Shown one piece after another: positions 28,988-38,478 of a stretch of DNA of 64,000 bases. The stretch's first letter is position 1. Each line of letters begins with the position of its first letter. The notes below the pieces were generated by a model, which was given only the letters and a program-made list of their open reading frames with translations, made no database searches and was not told where the DNA came from. Origin of the DNA: an uncultured delta proteobacterium (GTDB lineage Bacteria; Desulfobacterota; Desulfobaccia; Desulfobaccales; 0-14-0-80-60-11); assembly GCA_963812015.1 (NCBI GenBank), contig CAWETI010000003.1, positions 2,130,328 to 2,194,327 of the forward strand, in the 5' to 3' direction. Made by a program: the position numbers and the translations under genes.

Positions 28988-29420
28988 TCACGGGTCGGTA
29001 GATTTCTTCAGTGCGTAGCTTTCCCGACGCCGGGCATTTATCCGGTCCTTGCTCTTGGCGTGTTTCTCCCGCCGTTTTGCCCTTTTAGCCTCAAGACGGG
29101 CCTTGGCCGCTTCAACCTCTTCGGGGTCCTTCTCGAAAAGGCTGATTTCGCCACAGCTTAATTGATCCGATACCCTAATAATCATGCCCCGGACTTCGGA
29201 AGGGTGCTTGACGCCTTCCATGCGGGCGATTTCGGCGGGCCGCGCTCCCAGGAGTTTATTTAACAGATACCATTTAATCCCCAAGGGAAAGCTCCCGGAG
29301 CGCTCTTCCACCATTTGCTTCCACGGCTCAAAATCGCGTATGCTATCCTTCCCCCCGTCCAGGGCCGTAACTACTTCCAGGAGACGCTGCACCGCCGGCC
29401 GGTAGTTGCCCCGCAGTTGG
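28988..29420 (-). pseudogene. N-terminally truncated phage/element gene with an HTH-like segment
   Basis: GARPAEIARMEGVKHPSEVRGMI plus basic tail; frame is open upstream of GTG 29392 (RGNYRPA) with no SD or start before a stop. Confidence 0.5.
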
Positions 29421-29429
29421 GATAACTGC

Positions 29430-29459
29430 TTGACAGCAATTCCTCATTTACCTTATGGT
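29430..29459 (+). promoter_or_regulatory. Sigma70-like promoter for parA (possibly leaderless mRNA)
   Basis: TTGACA-18 nt-TATGGT, 7 nt before ATG 29467, no SD. Confidence 0.5.
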
Positions 29460-29466
29460 GGGGTCA

Positions 29467-30252
29467 ATGTCCCGGATCTATGCCATCACCAATCAAAAAG
29501 GGGGGGTAGGCAAGAGCACCACCTGTGCCTGCCTGGCCGCGGCCCTGGCCGAAGCCGGTTGCGGGGTCCTCATGGTCGACCTGGACCCCCAGGCCGGTCT
29601 GACGGTGAGTTTCGGCCTGGACCCCGAATCTTTCGACCTCACCAGCTATGATTTTTTGATCCGACCGGAAAGCATCGAAATTGAGGCCACCATGATCCAC
29701 ACCGGGACCCCGGGGGTTGACTTGATTCCCGCCAATCTCGATCTGGCCGGGGCCGAAGCCGAACTCATCGGGGAGATCGGCTGGGACCGCACCCTGAAAG
29801 AAAATCTCAATCTCATCACCCGGCCCTACGACTATATCCTCATCGACGGGCCCCCTAGCCTGGGGGTGCTCACCACCAACAGCCTCATGGCGGCCCATCG
29901 ACTCATGGTCCCGGTCCAGACCGAATATCTGGCCCTACGCGGCCTGACCCAGCTCCAGAGAATCATTCAGAAGGTCCAGAAAAAGGGGAATCCCGGCCTC
30001 CAGGTCAAATTTCTCCGGACCATGCACAGCAGCCGCACAGTTCATTCCACCGAAGTGGTGGAAGAACTCCAGCGGGTCTTCGGGGCCCAGCTCTATGAGA
30101 CGGTGATCAAACGCACCATAAAATTCCCGGAAGCTTCCCGGGCGGGACAGCCCCTCCTCCGGTTTGCCAAGGACTCGGAGGGAGCCCGGGCTTACCGCCG
30201 GCTGGCCCAGGAGGTGTTAGCCGATGACCAGGCGCCCACCCCCCAAAGGTAG
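29467..30252 (+). CDS. parA: ParA/Soj-family ATPase
   Basis: NQKGGVGKST, VDLDPQ, IDGPPSLG, VPVQTEYLAL. Confidence 0.93.
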   Translation: MSRIYAITNQKGGVGKSTTCACLAAALAEAGCGVLMVDLDPQAGLTVSFGLDPESFDLTSYDFLIRPESIEIEATMIHTGTPGVDLIPANLDLAGAEAELIGEIGWDRTLKENLNLITRPYDYILIDGPPSLGVLTTNSLMAAHRLMVPVQTEYLALRGLTQLQRIIQKVQKKGNPGLQVKFLRTMHSSRTVHSTEVVEELQRVFGAQLYETVIKRTIKFPEASRAGQPLLRFAKDSEGARAYRRLAQEVLADDQAPTPQR

Positions 30253-30529
30253 GGGAGCCGATATTTTCCTGGGAGCGGCAGACACCCCCCCGGTCAAAAA
30301 GCCCCGGGGACCCAAAGGCCGGGGGGCCGACGTCTTTTTAGGGGAAGAACCCGGTCCCCAGCCGACCTGCGCTCCTTCGCGGCCCCCGGGCACCCCCGGC
30401 CCGGCCGATTTGGCGGCGGGGTTAGAGCAGCTCTGCCGGTCTTTACAACCATCCCATGGCCGGCTTGACCGCTCTCACCTCATGGTGATGTTGTGGCTGC
30501 GGGTGGCCCTGAAGGAAGCCGGCGTTTAA
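30224..30529 (+). CDS. Small ParA-partner protein with duplicated KGRGADxFLG motif
   Basis: Overlaps the parA 3' end, SD GGAGGTG; PKGRGADIFLG and PKGRGADVFLG. Confidence 0.75.
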   Translation: MTRRPPPKGRGADIFLGAADTPPVKKPRGPKGRGADVFLGEEPGPQPTCAPSRPPGTPGPADLAAGLEQLCRSLQPSHGRLDRSHLMVMLWLRVALKEAGV

Positions 30530-30714
30530 CCCGCAGTTTAAGACTGGACGGCCCGAAGCTGGGCCGGGCCGCCCACCCCGGCGCCCTTGCCGCCAATTCC
30601 CGCCATCACGGCAGAAACTGCCCGTCATCCCCGGTGCTTTCGAGACGCCGGCTGGCAGCCTCACAGCCCAACTCTGCCACCGGGAGCCCCCGGAGCCAAG
30701 ACTGCCGCCCCTGA

Positions 30715-31662
30715 CTAAACGACAAACCTGGCCCCGTCTGCCTGCAAAGATTTGACGACCTTTAAGGCCCGCAGGAGCCTGACGGAATACCCCTCCACGT
30801 TGCCCGGGCCGTTGTAGCGCCGGGTGAACTCCCGCCAGTCGGCATTCAGGATGTATCTTGTCAAACCGTTGTGTTCCACAAAGTTAAAAAACCCGGCCAC
30901 CTGTGCCTCGCAGGAATCCTGAAAAGCCAGCACCATGGCCCGGAGGCTGGGATGCCGGGTAACCTGCCAGTTGAACCCCATCAACTGGGGCAACCCGTAG
31001 CTGGTGGACCACAGGACGGCCTCCCCTTCCAAGTCGTAAGCCCGGGCCAGGTTCTGCCATTCGTCTCGCTGCCCGCCCCGGCTATACGCCACCGTTTGCC
31101 CCGTTTTCCTTCGGAAGATCTGGGGTTCAAACCGGATGATCACCAGTCCGGTCCGGGGGTCATAGGCCATTTGCGATTCCACGCAAAAGACTGCCAGGGC
31201 CGAGTCCACCGGCAGCCCATAAGTCTGAGCTTCCCGGTAAATGGCCGCCCCGTATCGGTTCCACAGGTTGCAGAGGCTCCGTTCTTCGGGCGTCCGGCCC
31301 AGGAGCTGCGGACCGGGGGGTTCGCTCACCGGCGTGGCCGCCGGGCGGAACGCCAAATCGCCCAACCTCTGGAGGATGCCGGAACGGGCCGGTGATACGC
31401 CGTAGCATTCCTGGAGTTTTTCCAGCGTGGCCGGGCCCAGCTTCGCATCCCGGGGCGCCAGGCCCTCTTTTTCCTGGAAATCCCCCACCGCCTCCGAGAA
31501 GGCGATCCAATCGATTCTGTCCAATTCTTCAGGCTCGATGGCCAAATCGTGATCCAGATCCCCCCGGAGGAGAATCTGGTAGCCGGGGCACCCTTCGGGC
31601 AAGTCATGGAGATTCCAGATCTTGCCCAGGGCCATCCGGTTGTAGGTCGCGGCTGATGCCAT
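30715..31662 (-). CDS. Peptidoglycan-binding domain + N-acetylmuramidase (DUF3380-like)
   Basis: FQEKEGL..DAKLGPATL; VES, IRFEPQIF, STSYGLPQLMGFN, FTRRYNGPG. Confidence 0.85.
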   Translation of the reverse strand: MASAATYNRMALGKIWNLHDLPEGCPGYQILLRGDLDHDLAIEPEELDRIDWIAFSEAVGDFQEKEGLAPRDAKLGPATLEKLQECYGVSPARSGILQRLGDLAFRPAATPVSEPPGPQLLGRTPEERSLCNLWNRYGAAIYREAQTYGLPVDSALAVFCVESQMAYDPRTGLVIIRFEPQIFRRKTGQTVAYSRGGQRDEWQNLARAYDLEGEAVLWSTSYGLPQLMGFNWQVTRHPSLRAMVLAFQDSCEAQVAGFFNFVEHNGLTRYILNADWREFTRRYNGPGNVEGYSVRLLRALKVVKSLQADGARFVV

Positions 31663-32040
31663 AAGCGTCCCTCCTGTTCCTGAAAATTCGCCGGGGCACC
31701 TCCCCGGTTATCCGACCACCTGGTTAAATGGCTAAATTTAATAATAATTGCCACATTAAATGCAAGATCACCCGGGAGAGATGACCCGGATTCCAGGATC
31801 AGGGGCGCCAAGGCTAAAGCAGAGGCGGAAGCCCGGCGGGGCTTCGCCGTCTTCAACCCCAAGACCGTCCTGGCTGACGGTCCCGGGAGAAAAATCCTGG
31901 GGCATTACCCGTTGCCTTCCTTGGGAAATCCCGTTTCTGTGGTAAAATGGGATCAGCGGTGTTGGGGGGAAGCCGGAAACGGCGTAGTGGTTCCGCACCT
32001 TCCGGTTTGCTGCAAACGCTCTAAAACTCCGGGGAATTCT

Positions 32041-32511
32041 ATGGACTTAAGCGCGCGTGAGGTAATGGATACCAGCTACTCCACCCTGTCCCCCCAGATG
32101 ACCATCGGCGAGGCCATCCGGATCTTTCAGAAAGCCGGAGAGGAGCACCGACAAATCGTTTTCGGCATGGTGGTCACCGATGCATCCGGACGGCTGCTGG
32201 GCATGCTGTCCATGTATGATATCTTCCTGGTCCTGCGGCCCAAGCATATTCACATCTGGGGTGAGATCAAGGACGTGGACGTTTCGGGCATCCTCGATGC
32301 AGCCTGCCACCGGGCCCGCGGCATGCTGGTGGGGGACATCATGACCACCGACCTCATCACCATCACCCCGGATACCCACCTGCTGCGGATCATCGATATT
32401 ATGATCAAAAAGCATGTCCGCCGCCTGCCGGTCCTGGAAGCCGGTAAAATGGTGGGTATGGTGTATATGTCCCGGGTCTTCCAACATATCCTGGGACGGT
32501 GCGCCGCCTGA
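32041..32511 (+). CDS. CBS-domain protein
   Basis: AREVM, GRLLGMLSMYDI, VGDIMTTD, VRRLPV. Confidence 0.85.
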   Translation: MDLSAREVMDTSYSTLSPQMTIGEAIRIFQKAGEEHRQIVFGMVVTDASGRLLGMLSMYDIFLVLRPKHIHIWGEIKDVDVSGILDAACHRARGMLVGDIMTTDLITITPDTHLLRIIDIMIKKHVRRLPVLEAGKMVGMVYMSRVFQHILGRCAA

Positions 32512-32539
32512 GGCTTGCGTCTCGGCGTTAAGGAATGCC

Positions 32540-33430
32540 ATGCGGGTCAGAGATCGCCAGAACGTCATGAAGGATTTGACGGTCAAAGAGGCCATGCGCC
32601 GGCTGATCATCAACCTGCCCCAGGAGGCCTCTCTGGAGCAGGCCATCAGCTACGCCATCAAGTACAAGGTTAACGCCATCCTCATTACCGACCCCAACCA
32701 GGAAGCCTTGGGGGTGGTCACCAAAACCGATCTCATGGGGGCTTATTATGCCGGACTCCCCCTTTCCACCCCGGCGACCTCAATCATGGTGGGCCCGCCC
32801 CTGTTTTGCCACCTGGACGACTCCCTGGACGCGGCCCTGGACCGCATGCGCACCCAAAAAATCCACCGACTTTATGTCCGGGATGAAGCCCCCCGCCAGG
32901 CCATCGGCGTCCTGGCCTATCCGGATATCGTGGGCTTGCTCTACCGTTACTGCCATCAGTGCGAAAAAAATCTGCGCCGGCATCAGGATGACTCGGAGCA
33001 CCTCCTGGCCGACCGGGTCCAGCTTCGGGAAGTCATGACCCCCGGCGTCTTTGCCCGGGGGGCCGACGACAGCCTGCTCCAGGTCATGGAAGGGCTGGCG
33101 GCCCATAAATTCGGCGCCCTCCTGATCACCGCGGCGGACGGGGCGCCGGTGGGGGTGATCTCCAAGACTGACCTCATTGTCGCCTATAAGCACCGCATCC
33201 CCCCTGAGGCCCCGGCCAAAACCGTGATGACCGAAGGGGTGCAGGCCTGTGATTATCACGACATCCTGGTGAACGCCCTGCGCCGCATGATCTTTTCTGA
33301 TGTTTCCCGCCTCTTTGTCTATAAAAAATCTCCCCGCCACATCGTGGGGGTGTTTTCCCTGTCCGATGCCACCCGTTTCCGCTCGGGCACCTGCCGGGCC
33401 TGCGTCAGCAGCCGCATTCGCCCCCACTAA
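32540..33430 (+). CDS. Four-CBS-domain protein with CxxC pairs
   Basis: VKEAM, GVVTKTDL, LREVMT, GVISKTDL; CHQC and CRAC. Confidence 0.85.
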   Translation: MRVRDRQNVMKDLTVKEAMRRLIINLPQEASLEQAISYAIKYKVNAILITDPNQEALGVVTKTDLMGAYYAGLPLSTPATSIMVGPPLFCHLDDSLDAALDRMRTQKIHRLYVRDEAPRQAIGVLAYPDIVGLLYRYCHQCEKNLRRHQDDSEHLLADRVQLREVMTPGVFARGADDSLLQVMEGLAAHKFGALLITAADGAPVGVISKTDLIVAYKHRIPPEAPAKTVMTEGVQACDYHDILVNALRRMIFSDVSRLFVYKKSPRHIVGVFSLSDATRFRSGTCRACVSSRIRPH

Positions 33431-33486
33431 CGCCAGGGCCGGCCCCCCTCCCCTACCCGGTCCGGCGCGCCCCGGGAATCTTGGCC

Positions 33487-34092
33487 TTACTTGCCCCTGG
33501 CTTTCTCCCACGCCTCGATCTTTTCTTTGGCCCGTTCTCTTAAATAGAGCGTATCTATTTTCTGTTGTTGACTTAAGAGGGCGATGGAATACAAGGAGAG
33601 CTCCCCCATGCGGTCAATGTCACTATATTTCAGGTACATTCTGGTTTTAACCCCATTATAGTAAAAATCCTGGACCTGCATCTGGGCATAGGTTTTTGAC
33701 CGCTGGCCTTCGCCGAACCTGGCAAAACAATAATCTTTGAGCTTTTGGAATTGGTCTTCTCCCTTTACTTTCACGACGACCCCGGAAAACTTGCCGTTCC
33801 AGAACTCATAAACAATATCCACCAGGTCGGCCGTCCCGTAACGTAAGTCTTCCTTAATCTTGGTGTAATAGGTGAACGGCCCCATTATCTCAATGACTTC
33901 CATGGTGCGGAATGGATCCAAGCTAACGATGTCCGTCTGCCACTTGATGCCCCTGAAGCCATCCGGCTCCGTACCGGGGGCAAACGTATAATTATAGGTG
34001 AACATCTTGAGCTCAGCCGCCAGGCTCACGGCCGACGACAGAAGCACAGCCCAGACGATCATTACGCCTACTAGGACGGTTTTTCTTACCAT
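33487..34092 (-). CDS. Exported hypothetical protein
   Basis: Signal peptide ending SLA-AE; EPDGFRGIKW; SD GGAGGG. Confidence 0.75.
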   Translation of the reverse strand: MVRKTVLVGVMIVWAVLLSSAVSLAAELKMFTYNYTFAPGTEPDGFRGIKWQTDIVSLDPFRTMEVIEIMGPFTYYTKIKEDLRYGTADLVDIVYEFWNGKFSGVVVKVKGEDQFQKLKDYCFARFGEGQRSKTYAQMQVQDFYYNGVKTRMYLKYSDIDRMGELSLYSIALLSQQQKIDTLYLRERAKEKIEAWEKARGK

Positions 34093-34448
34093 TATGTCCT
34101 TACCCTCCTGAAATCTGCGGCTAGCGGGGTTCCCACCGGGGTCCCATCCCCGCCCAACCATTCGTTATTTTTGAATCAAACTTATTACCCGCCAGTATTC
34201 CTCCCCTAAAACGCCCCTCTGCTCCCAGGCACGCCTCGGGTGCGGGGCATTGTACCTGATGGGAGCCGCTAAAGCCAGGGGGTTTTTCCCCCCTTTGCGG
34301 CACTCCCCGGGAAAACGCGGCAGGCTGCACCTGACCCACCCGGACTATTTCGTCCCCCGGTCCCACTTTCCCATTTACCCGGCCGGGTTTTGGCCATATA
34401 GTCAAAGGCGGTGGTGGAGTTTGCCCCACCGGGAGGAGAGCCCTAGCT

Positions 34449-35255
34449 ATGCCCGACCCCAGCGCCATCGATTATTCCCCTCTGGACGTGCCGGAGGTGC
34501 TCCTGCGCCTCTTCCACCCCCGGCCCGAATTAAGCCTGGCGGGCGTCCACCCCTCAGCCCGGGACCTCCTCATCCCGGTGGCGGACGACGTGGTGGTGGG
34601 CGCCCGTTTTTTCCCGGCGGCCACCGCCGCCCCCACCATTCTCTTCTTCCACGGCAATGGCGAGATCGTCGCCGATTATGATGACCTGGCCCCCTTTTAC
34701 CTGCGCCAGGGCGTCAATTTTTTCCCGGTGGATTATCGCGGCTACGGCCGCTCCACCGGCGCCCCCACGGTGAGCGCCATGATGCGGGACTGTCAGGCGA
34801 TCCTGGTATTCGCCCGGCAGTGGCTGCCGGCGCAGGGTCACCGGGGTCAATTGATGGTCATGGGCCGGTCCCTGGGGAGCGCCTCGGCCCTGGAATTGGC
34901 CGCCGCCTTCCCGGAGCAGATCGCGGCGCTCATCGTGGAGAGCGGCTTCGCCTATGCCGGCCCCCTGTTGCAGCTTCTGGGCGTCGACCTGGCCGCCATC
35001 GGGTTTCAGGAGAAGGCCGGCTTCCGCAACATCGACAAGATTAACTCTTACCCGGGACCCACCTTGATCATCCACGCCGAGCACGACCACATCATTCCCG
35101 TGAGCGACGGCCAGGCCCTGTATGACGCCTCCGGCGCCGCCGATAAGACCCTGCTCCTGATCCCCCACGCCAATCACAATGACATCCTGCTGCAAGGTTT
35201 CACGGCGTATATGAGGGCCATCCGCGATCTGGCGGCCCGCCTCGTCCAGGGATAA
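34449..35255 (+). CDS. Alpha/beta hydrolase
   Basis: FHGNGE, DYRGYGRS, GRSLG nucleophile, D and H (HAEHD, HANHND). Confidence 0.9.
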   Translation: MPDPSAIDYSPLDVPEVLLRLFHPRPELSLAGVHPSARDLLIPVADDVVVGARFFPAATAAPTILFFHGNGEIVADYDDLAPFYLRQGVNFFPVDYRGYGRSTGAPTVSAMMRDCQAILVFARQWLPAQGHRGQLMVMGRSLGSASALELAAAFPEQIAALIVESGFAYAGPLLQLLGVDLAAIGFQEKAGFRNIDKINSYPGPTLIIHAEHDHIIPVSDGQALYDASGAADKTLLLIPHANHNDILLQGFTAYMRAIRDLAARLVQG

Positions 35256-35527
35256 GGACCAGCCGACCTGCGTCCTCCAGGCGGGACTTCGGGCCAAAAG
35301 GTTCGGTTCCCCGGGATTGCCCCACCCCCGGTTCTCGGTAAGACGCCACCCTGTCCTGTCCTCCCCCACCTTTTGCGAATCTCAAAACCAGGGATTTATA
35401 ACCGGAGTATTAGGAAATACTACTATTGCGAGGCGGCATCTTCTCCTTTAATCTGTCAGAATCTAACATCCCGCTGGACCAGGCTGGTTGCGGGACCAGG
35501 GAAACAAATAACGGTGGAGGCGGCTAG

Positions 35528-37027
35528 GTGAATAATAAACGACCCCGGCCCGATCAGGGTTGTCAAACTCCGAACTTCCGACTTGGATTAAGAAAGCAGG
35601 ACTTCAAACCACTAAAAAGTTTCCCGGCAGAAAACCGGGCTGCCGGGCCGATTATTGTAGTGCTGCCGGGAAGGGACCGTGATTTCAAGATGCTCTTAAA
35701 CAACATCCCGGCCGTGGTCTTTAGGGGATATGTTGATGGAAATGTTGATTTCTTTGATCATAAAATCGAAGAAATGACCGGATATCCCAGAAATGATTTC
35801 GAATCCAGGCAGCGCAAATGGACCGAATTAATCCTGGAAGAAGATATTGCCGGGGTTAAAGAGATATTTATCCAGGCCCTGAAAAACGGCAAATCATATG
35901 TGCGGGAATATAGAATAAGAGACTGGCAAACAAAGATTCTCTGGATTCAGGAAAGGAGCCAGATAATCTCCGATAAGAGTGGCAAGGTTCAGTATGTGAG
36001 TGGCATATTTTTCGATATTACTGCGCAGAAAAAAACCGAAGAGGCTATGCAAGAGGGAGAACGGTTCCTTTCCAGCGTTTTCGCAAGTATTATTGATGGG
36101 ATTAGCATCCTCGATTTAAATTTTACCATTGTGCAGGTCAATCCCATCGTGGAGCAGTGGTATGCCCATGCCCTGCCCCTGGTGGGGAAAAAATGCTATG
36201 AGGTCTATCAAGGCAGGTCCAAACCCTGTGCGCCATGTCCCACTCATCGCACCCTGCTCACCGGTGAACCTCACTCCGAAATCATACCCCTGAAAGGCCT
36301 CGATGACCAAAACCTGGGCTGGTTGGAGGTGCATGCGTTTCCTTGGTTAAGCAAAACCACGGGCAAAATGAAGGGGGTTATAACAAATATCCGGGACATT
36401 ACCCGCCGCGTGGCAGCCGAGAAAACCATCAAAGAAAATCTTCAGGATTTGCAGAAGGCCTTGAACGGCACGGTCAAGGCTTTGGGCAATACCGTGGGAA
36501 CGAAAGACCCTTATACCGGCGACCATCAACGGCGAGTCGTCCAGCTCGCCTGCGCCCTGGCCCAGGAGTTGGGGGAATCGGCCCATTATATCGAGGGAAT
36601 GCGTGTCATGGGATTTCTCCATGATTTGGGGAAGGTCGCCATACCCGGGGAGATTCTCAGCAAACCCACCAAATTGAGAGAGGATGAATTTAACCTCATC
36701 AAGATTCATCCCCAGGCGGGATATGACATCTTAAAGGAGATCGATTTCCCCTGGCCGGTGGCTCTGGCGGTGCTGCAACACCATGAGCGCCTCGACGGCT
36801 CCGGTTATCCCTACGGCCTTTTAAGCCAGGACATCATCATGGAAGCCAGAATCCTGGCGGTGGCGGACGTGGTCGAAGCCATCGCCTCGCATCGTCCTTA
36901 TCGCCCGGCCCTGGGTATAGACCGGGCCATGGCGGAAATTTCCGAAAATCAGGGGGCGCTTTACGATCCCCAGGTGGTCCGGGCGTGTTTGCGGCTCATC
37001 TCCGAGCAAGGTTTCAGTTTCCAGTAA
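35528..37027 (+). CDS. PAS-PAS-HD-GYP cyclic dinucleotide phosphodiesterase
   Basis: Two PAS/PAC domains; KDPYTGDH, HDLGK, HHERLDGSGYP, HRPYRPALG; true start may be downstream (about 35659-35690). Confidence 0.88.
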   Translation: MNNKRPRPDQGCQTPNFRLGLRKQDFKPLKSFPAENRAAGPIIVVLPGRDRDFKMLLNNIPAVVFRGYVDGNVDFFDHKIEEMTGYPRNDFESRQRKWTELILEEDIAGVKEIFIQALKNGKSYVREYRIRDWQTKILWIQERSQIISDKSGKVQYVSGIFFDITAQKKTEEAMQEGERFLSSVFASIIDGISILDLNFTIVQVNPIVEQWYAHALPLVGKKCYEVYQGRSKPCAPCPTHRTLLTGEPHSEIIPLKGLDDQNLGWLEVHAFPWLSKTTGKMKGVITNIRDITRRVAAEKTIKENLQDLQKALNGTVKALGNTVGTKDPYTGDHQRRVVQLACALAQELGESAHYIEGMRVMGFLHDLGKVAIPGEILSKPTKLREDEFNLIKIHPQAGYDILKEIDFPWPVALAVLQHHERLDGSGYPYGLLSQDIIMEARILAVADVVEAIASHRPYRPALGIDRAMAEISENQGALYDPQVVRACLRLISEQGFSFQ

Positions 37028-37190
37028 CCAAACCCGAGACTGGTGGAATTGATCCATGACGTTAAGGTGAAATGCGGCAGCCCCGACTATTGGTTGACCG
37101 GGGCCACGCCGGCGACGTTGCTGCCGATGATGCACCCCTGAATATTGGCCAACTGCCCGAAGGATACGCACACCGGGATTTGTGGTGACC

Positions 37191-38294
37191 TTAAGGTCGT
37201 GGGGAATCGGCAGGATTTTTGGTTTCCAGGGGGAAGGTAAAATAGAAAGTGCAGCCCCGCCCGGGGGCAGTATCCACCCAGATGCGGCCGCCGTGGGCGT
37301 CAATGACCCGCTTGACCATGGCCAGGCCCAGTCCGAAGCCCTGAGTGTCCCCTTCCCGCTCCCCCCGGTAGAAGATTTCAAAGACATGGGCCAGATCCTC
37401 CTTGGAGATGCCCGGCCCCTGGTCGTAAACGGCAAACCGGATGGCCGAGTCTTCCACCTGGGCCCCCAGTTTTACCTTGGTGCCCCCCGGACTATATTTG
37501 ATGGCATTTTCCAACAGGTTCTCCAACACCCGCCGGAACAGGAGCGGGTCCGCCCGGAGGACCGGAATCTTGGCGGCAAATTTGGTTTCCAGGGTGATGC
37601 CTTTGGCTTCCGCCAGGGGTTGCAGCAACGTCAGGACTTCCCGGCACTCTGTCTCGACGTTCAGGTCTTGGGGTTGGGGAGTCAGAATCCGTAGGTCCAG
37701 GCGAGCTAATTCCAGAAACCCGGCAATGAGCTTCTCCAGGCTTCCCATCTCCCGGTCGATGGTCTGGAGATAGTTGATTTGCGGGGGGGTCATCGGCCCC
37801 AGCTTACCCTGGAGCAGGCGGCGGATCAGGCCAGCGGTGCCCACCACCGGCGTTTTCAAGTCGTGGGCGAACATGTTGACCAGGTGCCGGCGCTCCATCT
37901 CCAGGCGCTTTACCGGGGTCAGGTCCCGAATGATGATGGCCCCGCCCTGGGGAGCCCCCTCCTGGCGGTCCCGGAGGGCAAAGGAGCTGATCATCACCGG
38001 CACTTCCTGGCCCGAACGGTTGCGCAGGCTGAGCTCTTGGGTCACCTCATGTCGACCCTGCCACACCAGGCTCAAGGGAAAATGCTTCTCGCCCCCCTTA
38101 AAGTTCAGGACTTCCTCGGCCGTTCGCCCCATGGCCTCGCCCCGGCTGTAGCCGGTCAGTCTCTCCGCCGCCGGGTTGAATTCGGTGATCCGCCCCTCCC
38201 GGTCCGCAGTGATTACGGCCCCAGGGGTGTTCTCGATCAAAAAATGGGACCAATCGCGGGATTTGGGCGCTGGAGTCGGCTTCTTCTTGGGCAT
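37191..38294 (-). CDS. PAS-domain sensor histidine kinase
   Basis: AHDLKTP H-box, NLLENAIKYS, DQGPGI, GFGLGL. Confidence 0.92.
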   Translation of the reverse strand: MPKKKPTPAPKSRDWSHFLIENTPGAVITADREGRITEFNPAAERLTGYSRGEAMGRTAEEVLNFKGGEKHFPLSLVWQGRHEVTQELSLRNRSGQEVPVMISSFALRDRQEGAPQGGAIIIRDLTPVKRLEMERRHLVNMFAHDLKTPVVGTAGLIRRLLQGKLGPMTPPQINYLQTIDREMGSLEKLIAGFLELARLDLRILTPQPQDLNVETECREVLTLLQPLAEAKGITLETKFAAKIPVLRADPLLFRRVLENLLENAIKYSPGGTKVKLGAQVEDSAIRFAVYDQGPGISKEDLAHVFEIFYRGEREGDTQGFGLGLAMVKRVIDAHGGRIWVDTAPGRGCTFYFTFPLETKNPADSPRP

Positions 38295-38478
38295 CTGCAG
38301 TTCCGGGTCGGAATTTCGGCCGCAATGGGGCCGTTTATCGCAACTGTGAACTTTTTAACAGTTTTTGCCTGGCGCGGCAATGTGAATTCCATCAACGCCA
38401 GCAGCAGATGCGGGGCAAATTCCCTGGCCATGGCCGAAAAATTATGGTAAAAATCTTCCAGTCTTAAAGGAAGATACC

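Larger units (their letters stand above)
26284..29420. mobile_element. Second AT-rich island remnant downstream of the tRNA fragment
   Basis: Sharp GC drop, orphan genes, 44-bp direct repeats, N-terminally truncated gene at the right edge; boundary approximate. Confidence 0.55.

Noticed and set aside
35255..35690. c-di-GMP riboswitch upstream of the HD-GYP gene
   Set aside because: No GGCAAAC/GAAA tetraloop/GACGCAAAG arrangement found
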